64,000 nucleotides of DNA from Eledone cirrhosa (lineage: Eukaryota): positions 91,884,001 to 91,948,000 of the forward strand of contig OZ024741.1 of the NCBI GenBank assembly GCA_964016885.1. The letters are read 5' to 3'. Shown here piece by piece: positions 34,208 to 52,100 of the stretch. The translations under genes were made by a program, and so were the position numbers. Positions within the stretch are counted from its first letter, which is position 1. Each line of letters starts with the position of its first letter. The notes beneath the pieces were generated by a model that saw nothing but the letters and a program-made list of their open reading frames with translations, was not told where the DNA came from and did not search any database.

Positions 34208-35891
34208 GACAGATAGAAAGAGAAATAAAAACATGGGCAGTAACGAAATTATAAAGTGGTTTTCGTTGTTTTATACACATACATAAATGTCAATTTGATA
34301 AAACAATGCGTAAACATGAGTATTAAAGAAAGCGGTTAAGATTGATTAAAGAAAGTAAATGTTTTAAAAGCATCGACCACATATAACTCTTTGACATTTG
34401 AAGTCTGTCAGCTCTAAGTAGAATCTAATGAGGTTTTCAACAAATATTGTCGAGATACGTTCAAGATACTTTTCTTATTGCCTCTCTTTCACTGCTTTTT
34501 GAGAGAAAGTATTAGTGGAAGAATCAAATCTACTTGAAATAGAGTCGTTTACAATCGGTATTTAGACATAGAAATGGCGACCAGAAAACCTAATACATCT
34601 GTCAGTTAGATATCTCTGTGTTGTAGTAGTGGTTCTTTATACATCCGCCGATGCAAATACTTGGACGCATCGCATACTATTGTTAAATGGCGTCACTAGG
34701 GCTTTCAGGTCTAACAAAATACACCCTCATCTAGGTGACCCAACCGTAGTAGTTCAACCCTTAGCCTCTGTCCAAATAACAGTCTACTGATTCCACCTGT
34801 ATAGATATATAAAGGAAAAGAGAGAGTGTGTGTGTGGAACAGAGTTCTTCATACATCCACAGAGGAATATACTTAGACACATTATCAACGTTGCCTCCTG
34901 GAATCATTGGTCGTTTCGGATCTTACAACATACACCTTCATCCAGGTGACATGACTATTGTTGCTCAAACCTGAATCTGTTATCCAGGTAGCATATCTCT
35001 TCAGTTATATCTATCTAGTTGCCCTCAGTGCTGCTTCCACGTTGCTGGTTGATGGCATTCCTTCTGCTCGTTCATGTAATGATATAGGTTCGGTAGGTTT
35101 CTCTAAGGGAGTGATCTGAGAACTCTTGACTGCAAACTTCTGCAGGCATGTTCCAAATCCTCCACTAGTCCAACATTCTTGCGGAATAAATTGGCAGTGT
35201 CGGTGGAGAGTCGGCCAACATGCTTTATGACATTGAGTTACGGCTCCTTACGATCTGAGTTCAAATTCTGCCGGGGTTACCTTTGCCCTTCATCCTTACG
35301 GGGTCGATAACATAAAGTACCAGTAATGCACCAGGGTCGATTTAATCAACTTTCCCAGTCCCCAAATTTGTTGGCATCGTGCCTAAATCAGAAACCGGTA
35401 TTACAATTGCATATCAACACTGTGAAGAAGCGCGTGACCTAGTGGTTAGGGTATTGCAATCAACCTCAGGAGGTCATGGATTCGATCTAGTGATATCAAT
35501 ACCTCACTAAAGAAGTACTCAATATTTGTAACACAGTAATTATATACTGTCAACTCTAAAGAACATTGGTTTTGGTAAAATATCGTAGTAGCTGTGTTGT
35601 AAGGGAAGGAATAAATCAACCTACATACATACATAACTAAATATGCATATATACATACATACATGCATACATGCATACATACATACATACATACATACAT
35701 ACATACATACATACATACATACATACATACATACATACATACATACATACATACATACATACATGATCAATACAATTTAACGGCCGTTTTCCCTGTTATA
35801 TGTACTTGTATTTATATTCATTCACTCTCCCACACACAAACACACAAATATATATATAAATATATATATGTGTGTCTGTATATATATATAT

Positions 35892-36061
35892 AACGAAGGA
35901 GTTGTGGTAAGGAACCAGATGGACCATAACGCACCAGAGTACTCAATAATTAGGGTAGTAGAGTGGGTAATAGGAAAAAGTATGACCCCGACGGCAGAGC
36001 TCAAACGGCAAGCCGTCGAAATGGCTATTTCTTGAGCTCTGCCGTCGGGGTCATACTTTTT

Positions 36062-36094
<33 letters not shown>

Positions 36095-36236
36095 CGAAGG
36101 AAATGTGGTAAGGAACCACGTGGACCATAACGCACCAAAGTACTCAATACTTAGGGTAGTAGAGTCGGTAATAGGAACGAAGTAGGACCCCGACGGCTGA
36201 GCTCAAGCCGTTACGACGGCTAATTCTGGACTAAAT
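35892..36236 (-). mobile_element. Two short Penelope-type tail copies in (TA)n, carrying the 3' half of a hammerhead
   Basis: AACGAAGGAAATGTGGTAAGGAACCAGGTGGACCATAACGCACC..GACCCCGACGGCTGAGCTCAAGCCG family. Other copies at 43771, 48757, 49269, 53418 and 55475. Confidence 0.8.
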
Positions 36237-36237
36237 G

Positions 36238-36271
<34 letters not shown>

Positions 36272-36281
36272 CCACACGCCT

Positions 36282-36340
<59 letters not shown>

Positions 36341-36386
36341 CGTAAAATAAGAAAATTATAAAATTAACTTACTTACTAAAATATCA

Positions 36387-36466
36387 CTTCCAACTAATTA
36401 GTTTCTGAAATGGAATAAATATACTTTCCGAAGAAAGCATAGAGAATCATTTCGTCGTCAGGGAAG
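36387..36466 (-). ncRNA. Type I hammerhead motif, copy 1
   Basis: CTTCC-CTGACGA-cGAAATG..CATTTCa-GAAA-CTAATTAG-TT-GGAAG. Confidence 0.83.
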
Positions 36467-36910
36467 ACTATTCTCAGTTAAGTATCCAGGCAAAGCGTGG
36501 ACTCTGGAAACTTATTCAAAAATAATTCAGTGGATAGAAAATAGCAAAGCGTGGACTGAATTCCTAGCCATTGAGAAAATCACTGCCTCTGCGTCGGTGG
36601 CAAATTCAAAAAGAATCAATCACGTGACATCGAGGTCAATCAGTGGAAAGTGGTTTGCTAATAAGACAGCGGCCTGCCTGCTACCATAGCAGCATTCTTG
36701 GCCAATATTGCTCGACAAATAATTTGGAGATAATTATAAAGAATTAATATCTAGTAACATATATATATACATACAGATGCATATCAATGCTAGCAAATAT
36801 ATAGGTTTTGTCTTAGTAACTTTGTGGTTCAATGCATGGGGTTGCAGAACAAAAATATGAGAGACGTAAAATAAGAAAATTATAAAATTAACTTACTTAC
36901 TAACATATCA

Positions 36911-36990
36911 CTTCCAACTAATTAGTTTCTGAAATGGAATAAATATACTTTCCGAAGAAAGCATAGAGAATCATTTCGTCGTCAGGGAAG
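36911..36990 (-). ncRNA. Type I hammerhead motif, copy 2
   Basis: Identical to 36387-36466 and 524 bp away. Confidence 0.83.
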
Positions 36991-37206
36991 ACTATTTTCA
37001 GTTAAGTATCCAGGCAAAGCGTGGACTCTGGAAACTTATTCAAAAATAATTCAGTGGATAGAAAATAGCAAAGCGTGGACTGAATTCTTAGCCATTGAGA
37101 AAATCACTGCCTCTGCGTCAGTGGCAAATTCAAAAAGAATCAATCACGTGACATTGAGGTCAATCAGTGGAAAGGGGTTTTCTAATAAGACAGCGGCCTG
37201 CCTGCA

Positions 37207-37273
<67 letters not shown>

Positions 37274-37341
37274 GCAGGCAGGCCGCTGTCTTATTAGCAA
37301 ACCACTTTCCACTGATTGACCTCGATGTCACGTGATTGATT

Positions 37342-37390
<49 letters not shown>

Positions 37391-37407
37391 TCGGGGTCAT
37401 ACTTTTT

Positions 37408-37446
<39 letters not shown>

Positions 37447-37579
37447 TCGTGAAAACTACCATTACATTTTCTGTAAATATTCTTAAGTAAATTGATGAAG
37501 CTTTAGTGATAAATGACGCCAAGTTCCCAAAGATGTCACCTTGAAGATGGGTTTTCAGCAGCTATTAACAAACACACTG

Positions 37580-38210
37580 CCATATATATGTATGTATGAA
37601 TGTATCTAGGTACGTACATATGTATGTTTTTATGTATGTATGTGTGTATGTGTGTATGTATTAATCTATATATATTTATATGCGAATGCACTTATATATA
37701 TGTATGTATTTATGTATGTATATATGTATTTATGTATGTATATATGTATGCATCTATGTATGTATGTCTGTATGTGTGTATGCATGTATGTTTGTATGTG
37801 TGTATGTAGTAATATCTATGTATGAATATTCGTATGCATGTACATATCTATGTATGTATGTATGTATGTATGTATGTATGTATGTATGTATGTATGTATG
37901 TATGTATGCATGTATGTATATATTTATGTATGTCTGCATGTATATATATGTATGTATGTATGTTTGTATGTATATATCTATGTATGTATATATATATATA
38001 TATGTATGTATGTATGCATGTTTGTATATATGTATGTATGCATGTATATATATATGTATGTATGTATGTATGTATATATGTATGTATATATGTATGTATG
38101 TATGTTTATATGTATCTAAGTAGGTATGTACGTATGCATGTTTGTCTATATGTATGTATGTATATATATGTATGTATGTATGTATATATGTATGTATCTA
38201 TGTATGTTTA
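37580..38210. repeat. Degenerate (TATG)n microsatellite
   Basis: Directly visible. Confidence 0.95.
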
Positions 38211-40004
38211 TAGCTACATAGTAAGCCTTAATTACTTACAACTTGTTTAATGGACACTTCAATTACAATATGCAATGTTGATGTATTATTGCTTACTTTA
38301 TTCTCCCTAAGACAATAGAGTTCGGTGATTCTACTAAATCAATCAAAGGTTTCTAGCTTGGATTCCGAAATTTATTCATTCTTCACACGAAAACAACCCA
38401 TGAAATATCAATAATTTACAGAGGTTTTTTTGTTTTTCTTTTTTCTATTTCGTTTTGTCTTGTTTGGTTTCAGTTCTATTCACGAAGTGTCTAAAGAAAT
38501 GTAAATCATTTATGACTCAAATTGATGAAAGTCCTTTTTCTCTCAACTAGGTTTAACTAATCCATTATACTTCAAGTCAGTGGTGAAATATTGAATGGCG
38601 TATTCGGGAAATAAATTGTCGGTGGATTGAAATGTGTCTTATTTGAAAAAAGAAAGCAAAGACCGAACGTGAATTATTAGCAAATCTTTAAAAATGGGGA
38701 GATAATTGTAAGAAATTAACAATTAATTTCACGCATAGTCTAGTTGGACTCACGATCGTAATGCCATGGGTTCGATTCCTTGACTATGCCCCTATCATTA
38801 AAACACCCGATAAACCTCATATGAGATACAACCACATATGAGGCCAGTTAAGCCTGCATACATGTAAGCTATAAATTTAATCTTTTTTTATTTCGTGTCG
38901 AAGATGAAGTAATGTATAATGTATTCAAAAAATAAATTCTCAATTGATTTAGTAGTTGTACTTGCCTGACAAGTGACTTGATCTGAGAGAGTGTATTGAA
39001 ACTAAATAAGATTATACTGTGGTAAAATCATTCTATCCATTCAAAACCCATTCAAAAACTGTTAACTTTACATTTATCATTTATGTCTTTGTATCAAACT
39101 TTGCAGTGAAACTTTTTTATTGACTAAGTCGTAGAAAATAAATGATAAATGTAAAGAGAATTTAGATAAAATGACTCTTTTTAATCCTAGCTAAGATTCA
39201 ACTTCTGTGTGCCAGGAGTCGTGTTAAGTATGACATCATAATAAATCTACTGCTGATATACGTTTATAAGAGTTATCACTACAGTTTTCATTTTACGTGC
39301 TTCCTTCGGTGGTTGACGGGGTGGACTAAGTCAAGAGTTTATTATAGTTCTTGGGGTGGTAAACGAATGGAATTACCAGCCTTCTCTTCGACGAGTCGCT
39401 AGTCAGTTAGTCATGAGGCTAACCTCCAGCTGCCAGTGGTGCTCATTTTCAGCTGACTGGACAAGAGCAACGGGAAATGCCTTGTTCAAGAACACAACAC
39501 GTCACTACGTCTGTGAATCGAACCCTCGACCCTATGATCCTGAACCCAACACTTTAAACACTAGGTCATGTGCCTTCACAATATCATTAGTATTATCTAC
39601 ATATAATAAGGGTGTTGGATTGACAGAATCGTGTGAGCGTCAATTATATTCCAGCTCTTTTCGTCCTCACCGAGGTCAACATCGGCTTCCATCCTTTCGA
39701 GGTCGATAAAATAAAGTGCCTGCCAAGTACTGAGGAAGATATAATCTTCTTTGCGCCCTCCACCTCACCACTAAATTGCTGCCGATGTGTCTAAATCAGA
39801 AAACATACATATAATTATGTTGTATATAATGTAACATACGGTAGAATTACAGAATCAGTATAACAGGATTTATTCCATAATATTATTTACATTACGTATT
39901 CGACAAATCATCTAAAGATACAAACTGAGATACAAGAATAACATTGGGTGACTTGAAATATAAAGATAAACAAACATGATATGATGCTTGAGTATAACAC
40001 ATAC

Positions 40005-40300
40005 GCGAAGTGGCATGATTTATTGGTTGGGGTGTTCGGTTCAAAATCGTATGGTTGCGAGTTCGATTTCCGGATTGGATGACTCGTTGCGTCCTTGAGC
40101 TAAATGCTTAATTACATATTGTTCCTGTTCATTTAGCAGGTATAAAATGAGTTGTAGCTATGATTCTGTCACACAGAATCTCACCAAGAACTACATTGAG
40201 GGTACATATGTCTGTGGAATGCTCATTCACTTGCAGGTTAATTTCACGAGCAGGCTGTTCCGCTGATCAAACAACTTGGAACACTCATCGTCGGAGTGTC
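40005..40300 (+). mobile_element. tRNA-derived SINE family B copy
   Basis: Head with a GAGTTCGATTTCC B-box, core GTCCTTGAGC..CATTTAGCAGG..AAATGAGT, and tail TCTGTGGAATGCTCA..TAATTTCACGAGCAGGCTGTTCC. Confidence 0.75.
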
Positions 40301-40514
40301 CAAAATACACACACACATATACATGCACACACACACACAAACACACACACACTCAAACAAACAAGCAAACAAATAAACACCAACACACATACACACATGA
40401 TGTACACACACATTTAGCATATAACTCTCGTTCTTCCAAGCATCATGTTTGATATTTTCTGCCACAATACTTGAGATCCCACTACTATATATTTCAACAC
40501 TTCTATAGTGACAA

Positions 40515-41074
40515 CTAGCAGAATGGCCCGGCGTTGCTCGGGATTTGCTCTAGGGTTCTTATATATTTGATATATATTTATCCTTATGGAGCCTCGTGAA
40601 ATAAATACGTTTGTTTATATTTTGTTATTGTGTAGGCAAAAATATCTGTACACGAATATATAATTACATTGTATATTAAAATAACAGATTAAAGTTTAAG
40701 CAAAGAATCGCTGCTTTCACCCTTAACGTGATCTTCTGAAACTAAAAAAATCAATCTGTGAACGCAGAAGTAAATATTTCGAAAAACGTTACACACTATA
40801 TATACATATATACACACACACAGCGTCATAATGTCGTAATTCAGACAGCTAGACATACAGACGGATATTATAAGGGCGCAACGTCATATCTATGTATCTA
40901 TCTAAAAAAGAAAGACTAAGAATTATGGAGGGAGATCGCTAAATCGCCTAATGGGGTCCCTAGGGCGTTGAAAACTTTTTTCCCAAAACACTCACAGGAC
41001 CATAAGTATTACATGTGTAAAGTTTGAAAACAATCGGTTGGGTGGTTCTCGAGTTTTAGTGAGCTGACAGACAT

Positions 41075-41129
<55 letters not shown>

Positions 41130-41150
41130 TTCTCTGTTTTAGATATATAA
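40515..41150 (-). mobile_element. Non-autonomous Helitron
   Basis: The minus strand ends in hairpin CCCGAGCAACGCCGGG + CCATTCTGCTAG. The 5' end is TTATATATCTAAAAC followed by (GTCT)n. Confidence 0.78.
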
Positions 41151-41206
41151 GCAGACTCGAGGAAAGACTTCAAAGAAATCAGATAATTATATTTTCATTA
41201 CAACTC

Positions 41207-41286
41207 CTTCTTCTTCTTCTTCTTCTTCTTCTTCTTCTTCTTCTTCTTCTTCTTCTTCTTCTTCTTCTTCTTCTTCTTCTTCTTCT

Positions 41287-41345
<59 letters not shown>

Positions 41346-41430
41346 TTCTTCTTCTTCTTCTTCTGCTTCTTCTTCTTCTGCTTCTGCTTCTTCTTCTTCT
41401 TCTTCTTCTTCTTCTTCTTCTTCTTCTTCG
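41207..41430. repeat. Compound (TTC)n(GTC)n(TTC)n microsatellite
   Basis: Directly visible. It is the source of the poly-E/D and poly-R ORFs. Confidence 0.97.
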
Positions 41431-41489
41431 CCCACGTATTCTTGAGAGGGCCATAGGAACAGAGTCCTCAAAGAGGGTCCGGACGGGAT

Positions 41490-42920
41490 CAAACTATAAC
41501 AGTTGGAACCTGTAACATCACAATCCTTACAGGTAAGGAGCAGCTACTATTGGAGGAGGTGAGATACTACCGGCTAGATATAGTCGAGCTTTCCTCAACA
41601 AAATTCCGTGACTCTGGTACTGTAGACTTGGATGGAGGTTGGAAACTCCACTATTCATGTGTGGAAATGACTGCACAAGCGGAAGTGGAAATATTCATAA
41701 GCCTCGGCTTCACAATGTGTTATGGACCGGATCCCGTTAGGAAGGAGGATTTGCCTCTTTGAAGTTTAGGCTGAAAAATAGATCTCTGTGGGTGATGCAA
41801 GTTTATGCACCAAACAAGGAATCCGAATACAGACCCTTCCTTGATGACGTCACTGCAGCGTTAAGACTGAGTGGGAGTGTTCAATACACATGTTGGCACA
41901 GACCGCCTGACATGGAAAGGAGTGATTGGAAGGAATGGCGACCCCGATCTAAATACGAATGTATAGGCTTTATTAGACTTCTGTTTTAGCAATGGACTCT
42001 CTATTATGAACATCTTCCAGCACAAAGACATCCATAAATATAGATTGTATAAGGGGAATCAGGGACAGAGATCAATAATTGATTTTGTTATTGTTTCTGA
42101 TCTCTTTGATTCTGTGCTGGATGTTCGTGTTAAGAGAGGTGTTGAGCTGTTAACTAATCACCATCTAGTTATCTGCAACATCATACTACCTAAAGCCAAG
42201 GAAGCCCACAAAACTGACAGCTCTAGGGCGACCTACAGGAGAAAGTGGGAAACATTGGTGGATAAGGAAGTCAGGACCAGGTATCCAAATTCAGAGAATT
42301 CACTGAGACAACTGATGACGTTAAAACAGACTGGAGATTGTTCAACGCAGCAGTTTCTGCTTCGGTTGTTATATGCTGCGGTCGAAAGATGCTTGGTGTC
42401 GCACCGGATGGCTGGAGGATACTTTGGTTCAATCAAGAGATCAAAGATGCCATCCGAGCAAAGAAGGTGGTTTATAAAGCTTGGATTGAAAATAAGTCCT
42501 CCTTCTTGCACATGCAGTAAACGCAGGCGCGAAGAATCACAACAGAGACATAAAAGGCACCCAAAGTTAAGACATGGGAGGACTTTGGGGTTAAGCTGAA
42601 ATACGACTTAAGATCAGCAAATATAGGCCATCCGTCGATTTCGTAATAAGAAGCTTTCCTCCACAACTGTTATCAAGTACGCGTCTAGGGTTCTCCTCTC
42701 ATCAGAGAGGTGCACCCTCGTGAGGTGGAGAGAATACTTTGCTGATCTCCTAAACTCGATCACAACACCATCTTATGTAGTACACGAGGTGCATCTTGGA
42801 GTAGTGACTAATCTCTCAGAGGCTGAGGTCACAAGAGCAGTTAAATAGCTCAAATGTGACAAGGACGCTGGGGAAGATAAACTCCGGTCCGAGATGTTAA
42901 AAGCCTTAAATAGAAAAGGT
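41490..42920 (+). mobile_element. Decayed RTE-clade LINE fragment (APE endonuclease to the start of RT)
   Basis: VGTCNITILTGKEQLLLEEVRYYRLDIVELSSTK, QVYAPN, RSIIDFVIVS..VLDVRVKRG.EL.TNHHLV, KDAGEDKLRSEMLKAL, with many frameshifts. Confidence 0.85.
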
Positions 42921-43189
42921 ATGTATTCTCTGGTTGACGCTGTTAACGTTATGCTTGGAATTGTTGTTTCTTCAATTAATAAGTCTGATTAAATCTATAA
43001 GCTCTAGTTGTATTCCTATAATGTTATTTTAGAGTCTAATATACGTGCATTGGGTTTTACGAGCCGAGCAAATATTGTTTAGTTATCACACGTTATATTT
43101 TATCACTAATAAATTTTAATTCGAACGTTTAGTCGTCCATAAAGTGTTAACGTCTTCCCAATAAATGTATTCAAAAGCAAAAAGTAGAC

Positions 43190-43400
43190 AAATACCGGGA
43201 TTTGTCCGGCCGCTTCCTCTTCGCACCGGTCGCCGTCGAGACCTCAGGCGTACTTGGATCCCGTACTGCCGAGTTCCTCCACAAGATCGGAGCGTCGGCG
43301 GCCCGCCTGAGGAAGGAGCTCCGCGAGGTTGGGCGGCTGTTGCAGCGGGTGGCACTGGCCATCGTCCGAGGGAATGCTTTTGCCGTCTTGTCTGTGAGGC
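43190..43400 (+). mobile_element. 3' fragment of a CRE-like RLE non-LTR element
   Basis: FAPVAVETSGVLG..EFL..IG..RLLQRVALAIVRGNAFAVL, the typical RLE C-terminus of this group. Confidence 0.75.
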
Positions 43401-43738
43401 GCAGCACTCCTGCCCTCTTGCCCGAGGCTCACCCCCTTACCCACTCCCTTCTCTTCTGTGACACCAGAGCGCTTGCCATCCCCTCCCTGTCCCGTTCTTT
43501 TTCTTCTTTCTTTCTCTCTTTGTTTTTCTATATTTCCTTATTCTTTCTAAATGTTTAATTTGTTTACAATTTCTGAGTAGAAATGTCTGGATATCGTTGG
43601 TAAACAAATTTATATTGTTCAATAGATTCCAAAGAAATCAGTTCAGGGGGAAATAATGGAACATCTTACTGTATTGATCGAAACGTTCGTAATTCAATTA
43701 AATAATTTAATGTAATTTAATCCTGATTATTTTATACT

Positions 43739-43770
<32 letters not shown>

Positions 43771-44985
43771 TAGGAACAAGTAGGACCGCGACGGCTGAGC
43801 TCAAGCCGTTACGACGGCTAATACTGGACTAAATAAAAATGTTTACCCTGGTAAATGAGTAGCCGAACTTCTCAGGGGGTAATTCCTTATATGGTAAAAG
43901 TGATTGTCACAAGGATTGGTCAAAAGTTTGTTGTTAAGACACATGATTCTATCATGGCATTTTGTGGAAGGTAGGGGTAGCTGAACTTGCCAGTAGAAAA
44001 AAGAGGGAGAGGGAGTGGAGGAAACCCAGTCAAGCGTTGAAAGTGAAAACTATAGCAGATTCTATAGAAGGTCGAACAAAGTATACTAGAGAAGGGGAAG
44101 GGGGAGGAAGTTGAAACAATAAGTAAATCTAAATGGAGTAAATATATAGAAAATATAAAAAAATATAAAAAATATTAAAAAAAAACAATTTCTGGTTACT
44201 AGTCCCCTTCCACAATCATCAAATCTCTCACTGGTACTGCTAAGCTATAGAAAAGTTTAATAGGTGGGAAGGAATACTAAATACGAGATTGTAGTGAAAG
44301 AATTTTATGAGGCCATCATTACAGGGGGTCTACCACCGCTACAATAGTTAGTAGTAATCGGCCAAATCTATCTTACAATGACAGGTCAACAAGTTGAGGG
44401 CCAACATACTAAAAAAAAATAATACGAAATATTAATTCAGAATCCCGAAACTAATACGAAATATTAATTCAGAAACCCGAAACATGAATACTAATACGAT
44501 ATATATAAGTACTGCTACAATACATAAATTCTAATAAAATCTACATCGTACAATATATATGAAAAACTAATACGAAAAATTAATTCAGAATCCCAAAAAA
44601 TAAAAACTGATAGACGAGAAACTAAAGCAGAAATACCACTAAGAAATCTAGAAATCACGGAAATGGGGCAGCAACCAGAGAAGAAAGCAAGTACTGGGGT
44701 CTAGCACATCCGCTATAAAAAGCTGAATCGGCCAATTCTATCATAAAATAAGGAGGTGGGGGTACTGAGGCTACAGAGGACCCCGGTTATGGCCTCCCAT
44801 AACGCCCCCCTCCCCCCTGTAGGTACCAATGACCAATGGGCAACAACACCCACCCATAGCTTGTAGTCTCTACGGTAGATTGTCCACCGGATCCTCTACT
44901 GGTTAGTAGTCAGCAAAACCACCTTTATTGAACCTGAGGAACCCCCCGCCCCCCTCCCCGGAGTGGCCCACACAGGAAGAACAAT
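43771..44985 (-). mobile_element. Long non-coding Penelope-type tail with a degenerate full hammerhead (43785-43880)
   Basis: Minus strand ACCCC-CTGAGAA-gttCGGCTA..TAGCCGtc-GTAA-CGGC..GCCG-TC-GCGGT. This is the longest member of the 35892 family. The right boundary is approximate. Confidence 0.55.
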
Positions 44986-45510
44986 TATCCTAAGGTACTA
45001 ACCCTATACGTATGAATGAGTGCTCGCAACCGTGCGTTGTGTGTGTATACTGGAATTACGTGAATGTACACACTCATGTGAACGCAACGAAATACTAATA
45101 CCCCAGGTTGCATTTGAAAAATGTTCGAGTGTATGCTTAAGAGTATATTTGTATATGCTCTCTTGTATGAGTGCACATGTGTATATAGACATACACACGC
45201 ATCCAGAGGTATAAAAGTGTGGGTGGGTATATATGTCTGTACTAAGGGATTCGCCTTAGCTCCAAAGCCCCCAAGCTATTGCTGTGAAGATATATATCAC
45301 ACTCTACCTTTGTCTAGTCTAAACAATAACTTTTCCAAACACCCACTTTACTTTTCTTTAAAAATAACAGCCACCTCCTTTTATGTCTGCCTTATCCTTG
45401 GATTCGGGGGCCTCTGTTGTATATATGTATGCACTTGTGCGTACATACATATATATACATACCTGTATGGATTTGTGTGTGTAGGTGTGTGTGTGTGCCT
45501 GTGTGGATAG

Positions 45511-45765
45511 GTGTGAGTGTATGTACAAGTCAAACAACATAAGTCTTTTTATTTGTAAACTTTCTAAGTATTTGACTGTAACCATAATTTTCAGTATTAC
45601 CACCCCACATAAATACCCCAATTTGTATGTGTGGATATGTGTGTGTCTGTGGCTGTGAGTGTATGTGCAAGTCAACCAACATAAGTCTTTTTATATGTAA
45701 ATTTTCTAGTATTTTACTCTAACCATAATTTTCAGTAGTACCACCCCACATAAATTCCTCAATTT
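45511..45765 (+). repeat. Imperfect tandem duplication of about 110 bp
   Basis: TGTGAGTGTATGT.CAAGTCAA.CAACATAAGTC..ACCACCCCACATAAAT occurs twice, about 143 bp apart. Confidence 0.85.
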
Positions 45766-46072
45766 AAGAATGACCTGTAGTATCGAATTTCATACTATAA
45801 ACCTCAATTGAATATATATCTGACCAGGAATGCTTTTTGTGAAAATCAGTCATATGTAACTATTGTCATCTTGCCTGACGGTTTGAACTTTACAACACCA
45901 CCTGCCTCTTTGAGGTCAAATACCAACCCTACTAGCATCTACAAACTGACCAATGAGAATTAAGATTATTTCTGCTGACAACATTAAATTATCCCTAACA
46001 AGCTCATATGTCCCAAGGCTCTGGTACCATCAACACCATAAACACAGAGCTAGGTTATCTAAGAACTGACTA

Positions 46073-46128
46073 ACTGCCTGATGAAGTCGTAGCCATTCAA
46101 TGGCTATCATCGAAATATATATAGCAGT
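46073..46128 (+). ncRNA. Type I hammerhead motif
   Basis: ACTGC-CTGATGA-..TAGCCAttcaaTGGCTA..-GAAA-TATATA-TA-GCAGT. Confidence 0.78.
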
Positions 46129-46169
46129 AAATAAAGGATTATGAGTTCATGCAATTGACTTATGTTTCG

Positions 46170-50549
<4,380 letters not shown>

Positions 50550-50674
50550 TAGGAGGTGAGTTTTATTGTAGTACAATAAAGCAATGCAGATATCGGATAA
50601 GTAGCACTCTACAGTTTGTAGGACTGGAGTATAAATAATATATAAGATCAAAAGATGGTTAAAAGAGTTCCATG

Positions 50675-50745
50675 TATTTTATTATGCGCATTTCAAAAAC
50701 AAATATCATCATGCGATGACATTTGCGTTTTCATCAGATAAAATA
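50675..50745 (-). ncRNA. Type I hammerhead motif
   Basis: TATTTTAT-CTGATGA-AAAcGCAAATGTCATC gcat GATGATATTTGTTTTT-GAAA-TGCGCA-TA-ATAAAATA. Confidence 0.85.
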
Positions 50746-50856
50746 GGGAGACATGATATGAAGGTTAAAAACACTTGTGAATAGTGGTGTTTTAAATCAA
50801 CATATGAAAAGTAGTTTTAGATTGATGTGTGATATTGGGGGAAAAAAATGAATTTG

Positions 50857-52100
50857 ATAACAACATCAAACTAGTTAACTTCTTGGATGTATCTCTTAAT
50901 CTTGACACTGGCCTATATTCCCCTTACCATAAAAACAATGAGAATCTAAATTATGTTAATTTTAAATCTAACCCCCCCACACACACACACACACACACTA
51001 ATATTAAGAATGCTATAGTTAGTAATATTGGAAAAAGAATATCTAACCTATCATCTAATAAAAACATATTTGATGCTAACGCCAATTACTATAATAACGC
51101 GCTTTCTAAAGCCGGTTATCCTGATAAAATCAAATACAGTAAAGAAACAAATCCTAGAAGCTCTTACAGTAAAATAATTAATCCTGATCATTCCAATAAC
51201 TTTAATAAAAGACCTAGATACAAAAACATAATCTGGTATAATGCTCCTTTCTCCATCTCTATTAATAATAATATTCCTAAAATATTCTTTAGTGCCTTAA
51301 ATAAATGGTTCCCTCCCTCACATATCTATAGTAAAGTATTTAACAAAAACACACTATAACATTTTCCTATTCGACCTCCTCCAACATCTCCAACATTATC
51401 TCTAAACACAACAATAAAATACTAAATACTAAATCTCTTCCTTCCAACACTGAATATCATAATAATAGTAATAGTACTTCCGACGTCATTGTTAGCTCTA
51501 GGCTAATTCCTGCAAACCCAAATACAACGTCAAACGCAACTTCGTTAAATGTTCTTCATCCCAATCTAAATCAAGAAACTATTATTCCTATCGTAAATAA
51601 CTTCTCCAATCCAATTCCTCCTATAGATAACACTAGGTCACTTGTTAATAACTCTGTTAATTTCTCTAATCGCAATTGTAATTGCCCTGTTAAAAATAAA
51701 TGTCCTCTCAACAACCATTGTCTTGAAAAAAACTTAATCTATGAATGTAAAGTTATAACTGACACCAAATCCTTTACCTACTTTGGCTCCACTTCCACCT
51801 CCTTTAAAGCTCGTCTTTATAATCATCATTCGTCTTTTAAATACCAACTTAAAAACCAACACGGCACTCTCAGAACTCATATGGTCCTTGAAAGACAAAA
51901 ATATTAACTATAACATCTCTTGGAGGAAGGTTTGTTCTGCTTCTCCATACTTGAATGCCTCTCTATCCAAGACATGTAATCTCTGTTTACGTTAGAAATT
52001 TACCATTATATCTAATTTAGATTCTATAATAAATAGACGCACTGACTTGTTTTCTCTCTGCTTGCATAAATTCCACAGAACATTCCATAAAGTATACAGC
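50857..52100 (+). pseudogene. Penelope-like RT C-terminus + GIY-YIG endonuclease, frameshifted
   Basis: [79 protein letters not shown]. Confidence 0.9.

Larger units (their letters stand above)
36331..37345 (-). mobile_element. ORF-less retrozyme-like element: 524-bp period direct repeat plus a short inverted end copy
   Basis: 36331-36681 is repeated at 36855-37205, and 37272-37345 is an inverted copy of the repeat end. Flanked by (TA)n. Confidence 0.8.

Noticed and set aside
41179-41492. Poly-Arg and poly-Glu/Asp proteins
   Set aside because: Trinucleotide microsatellite translation.
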